Positions 55,397-63,043 of a DNA stretch of 64,000 nucleotides are shown in pieces. Under the pieces are notes generated by a model. It worked only from the letters and a program-made list of their open reading frames with translations, made no database searches and had not been told where the DNA came from. Both the position numbers and the translations under genes were made by a program. The stretch is from Gammaproteobacteria bacterium (GTDB lineage: Bacteria; Pseudomonadota; Gammaproteobacteria; Steroidobacterales; Foliamicaceae), in NCBI GenBank assembly GCA_965213995.1, contig OZ243929.1, positions 92,134 to 156,133 on the forward strand, in the 5' to 3' direction. Every line of letters starts with the position of its first letter. The stretch's first letter is position 1.

Positions 55397-57263
55397 GGAA
55401 CTGCAACGCCTGGATCAAGGGCCTGGGGCGCAGGTGGCGGCGAATGCGGGCAGGGTCGAAGTCGCCCAGCAGTTCAAGGTCGCGCGTCAGGCGGCCCAGG
55501 TTCAGGTAGCGGCCGCGCGCCGTTCCCGCGCCGCCGCCGGCGATCATCGAGCGCGCTTGCGCCAAGGTTTCGGCAAGCGCGTCCCTATAGGCCCGGTACC
55601 GAGCGGGGTCCGTTTTGTCGCGGTTCCGCAGCACCAGTTCGGGCAGCACTTCGCGCTGGGAACGCCGCATCAGCCGCCGGCTTTCGGGGCCGCGGAGGAA
55701 CTGCTCCGGCGGCAGCGCCAGGACGAATTCCAGCAGCCGGCGGTCCAGCAGCGGATAGCGGTACTCGATTCCCAGCCGCGCCCCGCTCGCGGCCCAGCCT
55801 TCGATGCGCCTGTCGATATAGCCGCTCGCAAGCAGGCCGAGCTGGACCGCTCGCGCGCCGGCCACCGGGACCGTCGGCGGCATGGGCAGCAGGCGGGCGC
55901 GGCGGGCGAAATCGGGGTGCAGGTAGCGGCCCGTCGGCGGCAGCGGCGTCTTGCCTTGGCGCAGCCGCCAAAGCGTGTCCCTCAAGGTTCTCACCGGTTC
56001 CATGGCTTGGACAAACGGCAGCGCCGCGCAGCGCGCGATGCCGAGCAGGGGAAAGCGGCGGTGCCCGAACTCGCGCCGCAGCGCCGCGAGCCGGCCTTTG
56101 CGCAAGAGGTCGGGGTGGTAGCCGCGGCCGCTGAACGAGACCCCCTCGTCGCCGCCCCAGCCGGACAGCAGCACGCCCACGCCCTGCGCCGCTGCCGAAC
56201 GCTGCACGGGGCATTCGTTGAGGTGGTAGCTGTCGTGCCGGGTCACATCGCGGCGCAAGGTCGCCAGCATATCGGCGGCAGTGGGCGGGCAGTGGTGGAC
56301 CTCCAGGCCCTCCTGGGCCGCGACCGCTTCGACAAGGCGGTATTCGCCGCCGGGAGCGGCGTCGCGGCTCCCCTCCGCCGCCTCGGGCAGCCAGGTGAAC
56401 GCAGGCGGGGCAGGGCGGCCCGCGGCCCGCAGCGCCCGGGCCGCGAGCGCCGAAACGCAGGAGGAGTCGAGGCCGCCGCTCAGATGCACGCCCACGCGGC
56501 GGGGGCCGCCCGCGCGATCCGCCACCGCGGCGGCGCACAGCGCGAGGCAGGCCTCGGCGGCTTCGCCGTCGTCGATGCGGCCAAGCGCGGGAATCCGCTC
56601 CGGATGCCACCAGCGCCGCACGCGCCAGCCGCCGGCTTGTGCCAATAGCAAGTGGCCCGGCGGCAGGCGCCGCACCGCGCGGTGGAACGTGCGTTCGCCG
56701 AACGGCCAGAAAATGTGGCGGGCAAGCCAGGAGGCGGTCGCGTCCTCGTCCAGGTCCGCCTCCACGCCGGGCGCCGCGAGCACCGCGTTCACGTCGCTGG
56801 CGAACACGATGCGGTCCGCCGCGGCGGCGTAGTAGAGCGGCCGGGCGCCAATGTGGTCCCGGGCAATAAGCAGCCGGCGGCGTTCGGCGTCCCACGCGGC
56901 GAAAGCGTAATCGCCGTACAGCCGCTGCGGACACTCCGCGCCCCATTTGCGCCAGGCGCGCAAAATCAACTCCGCGTCCGTCAGCGGCTCGTCCTTTCGT
57001 TCGGAAACGCCCAGCGCGGCGCGCAACTCGTCGCGCCCGTCGATGCGGGCGCTTGCGACCACCCAATCGCCCGCGCCGCCGCGCGCGCAGCAGGCCGCGC
57101 CGTCCGCCGCCTCATGCCCGCGCCAGCCCAAGCGGGCCGCTTCCGCCGTCCAGGCCGCGGTGGCATCTGTTCGGCGCCCCGGCAGGGCGGCCACCATGGC
57201 ATCGAGCGCCGCCGCGCCGGGGTCGCCGCGCAAGGCTTGGATTCCGCAGATCATGCTGGCCAT
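55386..57263 (-). CDS. Asparagine-synthetase-like protein, lasso-cyclase type (copy 2)
   Basis: 625 aa. MASMICGIQ (no Cys2), ..VVASARIDGRDELRAALG.., SGGLDSS PP-loop. The first ~147 codons are duplicated at 63523-63965. Confidence 0.75.
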   Translation of the reverse strand: MASMICGIQALRGDPGAAALDAMVAALPGRRTDATAAWTAEAARLGWRGHEAADGAACCARGGAGDWVVASARIDGRDELRAALGVSERKDEPLTDAELILRAWRKWGAECPQRLYGDYAFAAWDAERRRLLIARDHIGARPLYYAAAADRIVFASDVNAVLAAPGVEADLDEDATASWLARHIFWPFGERTFHRAVRRLPPGHLLLAQAGGWRVRRWWHPERIPALGRIDDGEAAEACLALCAAAVADRAGGPRRVGVHLSGGLDSSCVSALAARALRAAGRPAPPAFTWLPEAAEGSRDAAPGGEYRLVEAVAAQEGLEVHHCPPTAADMLATLRRDVTRHDSYHLNECPVQRSAAAQGVGVLLSGWGGDEGVSFSGRGYHPDLLRKGRLAALRREFGHRRFPLLGIARCAALPFVQAMEPVRTLRDTLWRLRQGKTPLPPTGRYLHPDFARRARLLPMPPTVPVAGARAVQLGLLASGYIDRRIEGWAASGARLGIEYRYPLLDRRLLEFVLALPPEQFLRGPESRRLMRRSQREVLPELVLRNRDKTDPARYRAYRDALAETLAQARSMIAGGGAGTARGRYLNLGRLTRDLELLGDFDPARIRRHLRPRPLIQALQFLDF

Positions 57264-57298
57264 TCAGTCTTCCGGGAGCGCTTCCAGGCACCGTTCGA
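56821..57298. repeat. Near-identical duplication, copy 1 (copy 2 = 63523..64000, runs off the window)
   Basis: The cyclase-2 5' end plus 35 nt upstream is repeated with only a few substitutions. Confidence 0.9.
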
Positions 57299-57424
57299 TT
57301 GCATCGGCCAACAGCAGCGGATGCCGATCCGGATTAGGAGAAAAGGCTATAGCACAGCGCACCCAACCAACTCCCACGGCGCCGCGGTGCGGGGCAACTG
57401 CAAAGCGGCCCCACATCCGTAATG

Positions 57425-57528
57425 AGGATGCGTTCCCCGCTCTCGAAAACACGGCGCGCTTTCTCGGCCTGCGCCTCGTCGTCCCTCAACAAGTAGCGGA
57501 GCAAGACATTGGCATCGACTGCGATCAC
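57425..57528 (-). pseudogene. vapC: VapC-type PIN toxin, N-terminal remnant
   Basis: The GTG at 57528 overlaps the antitoxin stop (GTGA). VIAVDANVLLRYLLRDDEAQAEKARRVFESGERILITDV; the sense then breaks at ~57425. Confidence 0.6.
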
Positions 57529-57761
57529 CGCGTTTGAGTTCTTTTGCTTTCCATCGCGCACTGAAGCGATTGCTCATCCGAAACCGCTTCGTCCGACCGA
57601 AGATGAGCAAGGCACCCCCAAGCGCTGCCGGGCTGCTGGCGGACTATGGTGATGCGTCCGTCGGCGACGAAACTTCGGCATTCATCGCCTAGCTCCATGC
57701 CAGCCAGACGACACTGGCTGGCCGGTAGCGTCAACTGCCGCTTGGCGCCGACTTTAGGCAC
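57525..57761 (-). CDS. AbrB/SpoVT-family antitoxin (VapB/MazE-like)
   Basis: 78 aa. MPKVGAKRQLTLPASQCRLAGMELGDECRSFVADGRITIV is a swapped-hairpin AbrB-type N-terminus. Confidence 0.6.
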   Translation of the reverse strand: MPKVGAKRQLTLPASQCRLAGMELGDECRSFVADGRITIVRQQPGSAWGCLAHLRSDEAVSDEQSLQCAMESKRTQTR

Positions 57762-57927
57762 GGCGACCTCCCGGAAACTTTGCGTGTTTGGGAAAAGCCA
57801 TTGTGCCTATTTCCTTACTTGTAATAATGGGCAAAGAAAAAGCGCAGCACACAAGACCAGCGCCGCGAGCATCTCGCTCCGCCCTTGGCGGGGAGCGGCC
57901 TGCCAAAAGCCTCTACGGCGCAAGTTC

Positions 57928-58126
57928 CTAGCTTTGTTCTTCTCCAAGAAAGAATCCATATGATGGGGATTCCTCCTGAACGGCATTAAATCTGGGGGAG
58001 CCTCGCGTCTCAGTCAGTTCAACCGTTTTGACGGTCGGCGGGCGCCAGGAGCGTTTGCGGGGTTCGCCGCTACGGTTGTCGGCGGAGTTGCCCGAATTCT
58101 GGGGGGGGGGGGGGGGTATTTGACAT
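57928..58126 (-). pseudogene. Candidate lasso-type precursor (type 2), out of frame by 1 nt at the tract (candidate OFF state)
   Basis: RBS GAGGAAG, then ATG (58126) MSNT + C16. With C15 it reads PPPPQNSGNSADNRSGEPRKRSWRPPTVKTVELTETR|GSPRFNAVQEESPSYGFFLGEEQS*. As sequenced it stops after ~18 codons. Confidence 0.45.
58101..58116. repeat. Homopolymer G16 (C16 on the coding strand)
   Basis: gaattctGGGGGGGGGGGGGGGGtatttgacat. Confidence 0.9.
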
Positions 58127-58361
58127 GAGGGCTTCCTCGTTTCTTGGTTCAGGAAGTCTGAATGGTATTTTCAAAGAGGCATCCGCGCAAGTCATCCGAT
58201 CTCAGTCATCCGATCTCAGTGCGCGGCGAGCGAAACGACCGGCGCAGATTTTCAGGCATCGGTTTCATGCTAGATTGCCGATCATGGCGCTGGTCAATAT
58301 GAAAACCACGGGTGAGATGGGGGCCAAGGGCCGCTGAAGCCAAACTGATGCCTCGCCGACG

Positions 58362-58408
58362 ATGCCCCTGATCCTGCTCGCTTCCTACCCCAAGTCCGGC
58401 AACACTTC
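58362..58408 (+). pseudogene. 5' scrap of a PAPS sulfotransferase paralogue
   Basis: MPLILLASYPKSGNT matches the start of 50461..51324. It is cut at ~58409, next to the IS30 remnant. Confidence 0.6.
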
Positions 58409-58483
58409 TTGACTTCGACGGTTAAATCACGCAAGTAATTGATTTTATTGAGTCGCCGCTTCCACTCCGAAGTGCAACGCTTG

Positions 58484-59074
58484 TTAGACGGTGATTTTTC
58501 TCCTGATGTGGAGGGCAGCATAGCATCGGGTGGAGCTCGGACGGCGCCTTTCGGAGCGAGGGCGCAGCCCGAACGGAGAAAGGCGCCGTCCGAGCCCGGT
58601 TTTCTCCGGTGCTGCGCCCCGGCAGAGGCGCCGGGCCGCGACCCGGGCGCGGCGGCGCGCCTTCCTGCCCCGCCGACGAAGGTGACGGTGCAGCGTCCCG
58701 CCACTCGCCCGATCCTCCCAGACTTGGCGGTATATCCACGTCTTGCCCACCGACGGACCGCCCTCAAGGCGCAAACGCCCAGCGATCTGCTCAGGACTCC
58801 ACTTCAGCCGCAGCTTCCCCTCGATCCGGCCCCGCAACTCCGCCGTCAGCTTGCGCGGACGCGACGACGCCTCGCGCCGGCGAGCCTCCGACAGCCGCTG
58901 CGCCTGCTTCATCCGGTAGCCCCGAAGCCCGCCGTTGCGGCGCAACTCCCGGCTCGCCGTAGAGGCCGAAACCCCCAGCACACGCGCAACCCCCCGAATC
59001 GACTCGCCGCTTTTCCTCAGCGCGTAAATCTGGCATCGTGACCCGTAGGTCAGGTGACGGTAGCCTCTGGCCAT
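58484..59074 (-). pseudogene. IS30-family transposase, N-terminal part only
   Basis: MARGYRHLTYGSRCQIYALRKSGESIRGVARVLGVSASTASRELRRN...KWSPEQIAGRLRLEG is the IS30 HTH region. The catalytic DDE region is absent, and an 18-bp-stem hairpin (58535-58595) interrupts the 3' part. Confidence 0.7.
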
Positions 59075-59172
59075 CGAACACCCTCCTTCTTCCAATATCG
59101 GAGAGTATCGCCGTCACTTGGCCTCCTTCTCAAATCATCCGTTGCACTTCATAGTGGAACGGGCGACACTAC

Positions 59173-59469
59173 TCAATCAACTCGACGCCGCTTATCCAAC
59201 CAAGAAGGCAATTCCGTGAGTTGGCCTTTCGTTCGCTTCCTCTCACGAATAATTTTCGCATCGGACCACCACCCTGCTTCAATGATCTGGCCCTCGCGTA
59301 TCCAATAGTGTGATCGGCAAGGTATTTGCCAGTTACCAACAGAGGGATGCATTGAAACGGATTCTCCATTGAAAATCACACACCAGTGTTTCGGCCCCAG
59401 TTTCAAGGATACCCGTGTGCCACAGCCACAGCCGCAAAGATGCGCGCTTGTTCGATACTTCAAACTCAC
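59173..59469 (-). CDS. DUF6527-like small Cys-rich protein
   Basis: 98 aa. ..HLCGCGCGTRVSLKL..WCVIFNGESVSMHPSVGNWQIPCRSHYWIREGQII matches my recollection of the DUF6527 pattern (CxCGCG ... PSxG ... CxSHYxI). Last gene of the Ubl/E1 operon. Confidence 0.55.
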   Translation of the reverse strand: MSLKYRTSAHLCGCGCGTRVSLKLGPKHWCVIFNGESVSMHPSVGNWQIPCRSHYWIREGQIIEAGWWSDAKIIRERKRTKGQLTELPSWLDKRRRVD

Positions 59470-59521
59470 ATAGAGCTTGCCTAGTTCGAGAGTGGCGGGG
59501 ATGTTTTCAACGAGTTCAAGT

Positions 59522-60733
59522 TCAATTTTTATCGCTGCGATCCTTTATTGCACCATCGTAGCCTACCCAACGGCCAGACGCCACATGCAGTTTCATGCGC
59601 CTATGCCGGGGCTTGTCCAGATAGAAGCCGATTGACTGCTTCCAGGCGATGACGGCGAGCGTGGCGTTCAGCGCATTCATATCTCCGGTCTGTATCGCAA
59701 CTTCGTAAATGTCCTCGCCCAAATCCTTGCCGGGAGTTCGCTTTGCCAGATTGAGTCGTTTTTGATAATCATCATCGCTTGCGCTTCGCGTCACTCTAGC
59801 CGATGCAGTCAACCCATCGGGATAGCGATGCATGTCTATACCGGAGTCGATGAAGTTGACGCGCAATTCCGCTAACCCCGTCAAAATCTCGTGCCGGTCC
59901 GGGCCGCGATCAATGGCTACGAACACCATCGTCCTGTCCCTCAGCTGAGTTAAGTTCGATTTCTGGACACGAAGCGCCTTGCCAGTGATGTTCCGATTGG
60001 TGCGGCTCGCATAGATCCTTGCTAGATACTCGGCTTTGTTCTGACCTTCCTCGACTATGTGCTGACTAACCACCCCCGGCCATCGGAGCTGCGTATGCTG
60101 ACTAATCAAATCATCATCATATATGACGATACTTCCCACATTGCATTTAGAGATCAAATCAACGATAAATCCCCCGGTTCCGCCAGCACCGATGACAGCA
60201 AGTTTCTCCTGCCTGAACAATTGATCAAGGCCACCAATCGCGCTTCGGGTCAAACCGGTCTCCTGATCGACCATGTTGTTCCCATCAGTAATTGTCCCCG
60301 TTCCCCTTACATCCCGTTGCCATTTCTTGCCGGTTTGACGAGCGATGAATCTGGCATAGGCAAGAATTTTCTGGCCGTAGTTTGGATATCCGCTTCCCGG
60401 CGGCTTTCTGGACATGCCGCAGATGCTCACCTGGCCATTCGGCCAGCTTCGCGAGGAAGTGTCATGAATCAACTCATTGTCCAAGGGCATGCCGTCCGCT
60501 GAATATGGTTTTTCTTCAGCCACCCAATAGACGGTATGGTCACTCGGGGGGGCGATCTTTCCGCCTACCCGCTCTAGATGGCAAATCAGGCGGCCATGCG
60601 CCACACCGCCGTCGCGCTGCCGATACGGAAGCGGCCCGACTGTAAGAACGTCGCCCTCAATCTCGTAATCCAAGCCATTCTGGACTACCCGATCAAGACC
60701 TCCTTCATGATTTGTCAGTGTAGCTGACATCAA
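59522..60733 (-). CDS. ThiF/E1-like adenylyltransferase with a ~170-aa N-terminal extension
   Basis: 403 aa. KLAVIGAGGTGGFIVDLISKCNVGSIVIYDDD is the E1 Rossmann/ATP motif. The N-terminal extension carries conserved-looking Cys (..LICHLE.., ..VSICGMS..). Confidence 0.75.
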   Translation of the reverse strand: MMSATLTNHEGGLDRVVQNGLDYEIEGDVLTVGPLPYRQRDGGVAHGRLICHLERVGGKIAPPSDHTVYWVAEEKPYSADGMPLDNELIHDTSSRSWPNGQVSICGMSRKPPGSGYPNYGQKILAYARFIARQTGKKWQRDVRGTGTITDGNNMVDQETGLTRSAIGGLDQLFRQEKLAVIGAGGTGGFIVDLISKCNVGSIVIYDDDLISQHTQLRWPGVVSQHIVEEGQNKAEYLARIYASRTNRNITGKALRVQKSNLTQLRDRTMVFVAIDRGPDRHEILTGLAELRVNFIDSGIDMHRYPDGLTASARVTRSASDDDYQKRLNLAKRTPGKDLGEDIYEVAIQTGDMNALNATLAVIAWKQSIGFYLDKPRHRRMKLHVASGRWVGYDGAIKDRSDKN

Positions 60734-60947
60734 TAATCATACCCTTGGTGCAGGTTAGAATCCCACCCTCCACCAATTCCTTATCAGCACCCGTCTCGGA
60801 ATCCCGATAATCGACTTCCCATTCAATCGTTGTGCTATGCGTCACATCAGGAAACGCCTCGCAAATCAACTCTTCATAGGTCATGTTGCGTTTCACAGAG
60901 ACTTCGGTGCCATTGAGCACAATGTGCACACCTTCATTTGTATTCAC
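60705..60947 (-). CDS. Ubiquitin-like (multiubiquitin-family-like) small protein
   Basis: The GTG at 60947 is preceded by GGAGGG (11 nt after the upstream stop). (M)NTNEGVHIVLNGTEVSVKRNMTYEELICEAF... is an ~80-aa beta-grasp-like pattern. The track ORF (to 61046) would overlap the upstream gene by 88 nt. Confidence 0.55.
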   Translation of the reverse strand: MNTNEGVHIVLNGTEVSVKRNMTYEELICEAFPDVTHSTTIEWEVDYRDSETGADKELVEGGILTCTKGMIIDVSYTDKS

Positions 60948-60958
60948 TATTTTCCCTC

Positions 60959-61843
60959 CTATCCGATGTATTTCAATTCGGAACGCTGCACCGTTCCACC
61001 GCTGAGGCTCATTCGGGCCAACACCCACTGGGCCATTTTTTGCCAATGCCTCGTTTCGTTTTCTGTTAGCCGTGGTCCAAGTGTGATGTCCATTTTCTTC
61101 AGCGAAGTTCCCACCTGTATCGGCCTTTCGATAAATGTTCTCAACCTGCCACTGGTTGCGTCCAAGCGAACCCCCTTTCCTCTCGCCGCAAGAATTGCGC
61201 CGCTTTCGTCACCCAGAAAGCAGGCCAGTCGAACCTCGCGTTCTGACTCGTAGTCGGTGTGCTTATGTTTTGCCTCTAGCCGCATTCTGCGTTTCCGAAT
61301 CATTTCCCGATCCGATTGACTTTTCCCGTGATCTGCCTGACTTTGCAATAAGGATTCAGCTTCGCGCTTGATATTGTCTGTATCCTTAGTATATTCCACT
61401 TGTATGATCTCCAAGCCATCAATTCGCTGGAGATGTGCGGCATCCCACCAAGTCGTAATCGCGACTCCCTTCCCGTCATCTCCGTAGGCACGCCACATAT
61501 CCAGCCGATTAGCCGCCTCACCCTTTTTGCCGCTTTGGGGCTCGGTGCCGCACATCAAAAAGCTGTCGTCTGGCACTGTGTCTCTGCGTCTTTCGCCGGA
61601 CTTGCTCATCGTCACGTCAGATACGTATTCAGCGATCGTCTGCTCCGTGGGATCATTCATCCCCGAGCGACTGTACAAGCGCAGCGTAACATCGGGTGGG
61701 CCTTTCAGCCGGTCCTTTCTGTCAGATGACAGCTCTCTCAGCCATCCATCGAGTATCGAAGCCGCAGCCGCCTGACTCGTGAAATGTGTAATTCCCGTGA
61801 GCAAGATCTCCTCTTGCCCCTCTTTAGCGTTTTTCTGCGCCAT
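60959..61843 (-). CDS. DUF2971-like protein
   Basis: 294 aa. ..GITHFTSQAAAASIL.. and ..SGMNDPTEQ.. resemble the (Y)HYTS / NDPxE motifs of DUF2971. First gene of the operon. Confidence 0.5.
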   Translation of the reverse strand: MAQKNAKEGQEEILLTGITHFTSQAAAASILDGWLRELSSDRKDRLKGPPDVTLRLYSRSGMNDPTEQTIAEYVSDVTMSKSGERRRDTVPDDSFLMCGTEPQSGKKGEAANRLDMWRAYGDDGKGVAITTWWDAAHLQRIDGLEIIQVEYTKDTDNIKREAESLLQSQADHGKSQSDREMIRKRRMRLEAKHKHTDYESEREVRLACFLGDESGAILAARGKGVRLDATSGRLRTFIERPIQVGTSLKKMDITLGPRLTENETRHWQKMAQWVLARMSLSGGTVQRSELKYIG

Positions 61844-61941
61844 CGATACCTTCCGAGTACTGCTACCAAATCGGTGAATGATTATGCATCATTCACATCA
61901 GTAATCCTCAATTCAAGCAAGTTCCCTATAAGCTCTTGCTT

Positions 61942-62700
61942 TTACTGATTGTTCTGCAGTTTCACCCGGTACGCCAGATGCTGCATACAGGCGAACGCCA
62001 TGAAGGCGATGGCCAGATGGGCGCGGATGCGTTTCGGGGTCCAGTGGAAGATGGGCCGCACCTTCAGGTCGTGCTTGTTGACGCGAAAGCCGTGCTCCAC
62101 CCGCCACAGGCCGCGGTAGCGCTCCCACAGCTCGGGCCGCGGACATTGGTGGCCGCGCCGCGCAAGCCGTCCCAGCGGGCGGCCTCGGCGATCTTGTCCG
62201 GGGCGACCTCCCAGCGGCCTTCGCCGCGCATCCGCAAGAATCGGCCCATTCCCTTCGGCAACAGGGATTTTGGCTTGCCGCTCTTGTTGAGCTTGTCCAG
62301 CAATCGCTTGACCCCCCGCTGCCGATCCTTTTTGCCCTTGGCCGCCCGTTTCGGACTGTGCGCCACCACGATGCGCCGGCCGCAGTGGCGGAACACGGCG
62401 ACTTTGCCGCCCGCCTCCATCGCCGCCGCCCCCGGTAACGGCCCGTTTCCACAATCCGCTCCTTCAATGGCTTCGGCAGCGACTGCAAACGCGCCCCGAC
62501 GATGTAGCGGTGCCCTTCGGATTCCAGACCGGCCAGGTTATCCCCGCCGAACATCCCCGCGTCGGCCACGCACACCGCCTCGAGCCCCGGATGCCGCTCG
62601 CGCATCTCCGCCATCATCGGCAAAAAGGTCCTGTCCTCGTATTGCGCGCCGGGGAACACCCCGTACCCCACCGGCCCGCCCCGCGCATGTCAAGCATCAA
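61942..62700 (-). mobile_element. IS1634/IS4-type transposase, 3' part, frameshifted
   Basis: Readable across three frames: ..GYGVFPGAQYEDRTFLPMM..VCVADAGMFGGDNL.., ..FRHCGRRIVVAHSPKRAAK.., ..YRGLWRVEHGFRVNKHDLKVRPIFHWTPKRIRAHLAIAFMAF... The N-terminal half is missing. Confidence 0.6.
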
Positions 62701-63043
62701 TAATCACTAGGCAGAACAAAACGGGTCCCGGAAACCCGCCAGGAAAACCCGAACAAAATCAAACGGGTACGAAAATGGAAATCGCGGTCAGGCGGCTAAA
62801 CCGTCGAAGTCATGATGACGTCCGGCTCCGCGCCGAAAGGGGCCGGGTGGAACGGAACGGCGATTTCGGAATGGAAGATCAGCTCGTAGGCGGTGTTTGC
62901 GGCAACGGCTCCGGTGCGGTCACTGGGCTTTTCCTCAAGGACGGTGTTCATGCCCTGTCATGCTGTTGAAAGTAGCTGGCACCTGATGGCACCAGTCTCC
63001 CCATGGTCCGACATGATGGGGCCCGAACAGGACACCAAGCCAA

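Noticed and set aside
57264-57452. ORF 57264..57452 (62 aa) as the missing lasso B2 peptidase
   Set aside because: It is too short. Only its last ~50 codons are outside the VapC remnant. I see no Cys-His-Asp transglutaminase-like motifs.
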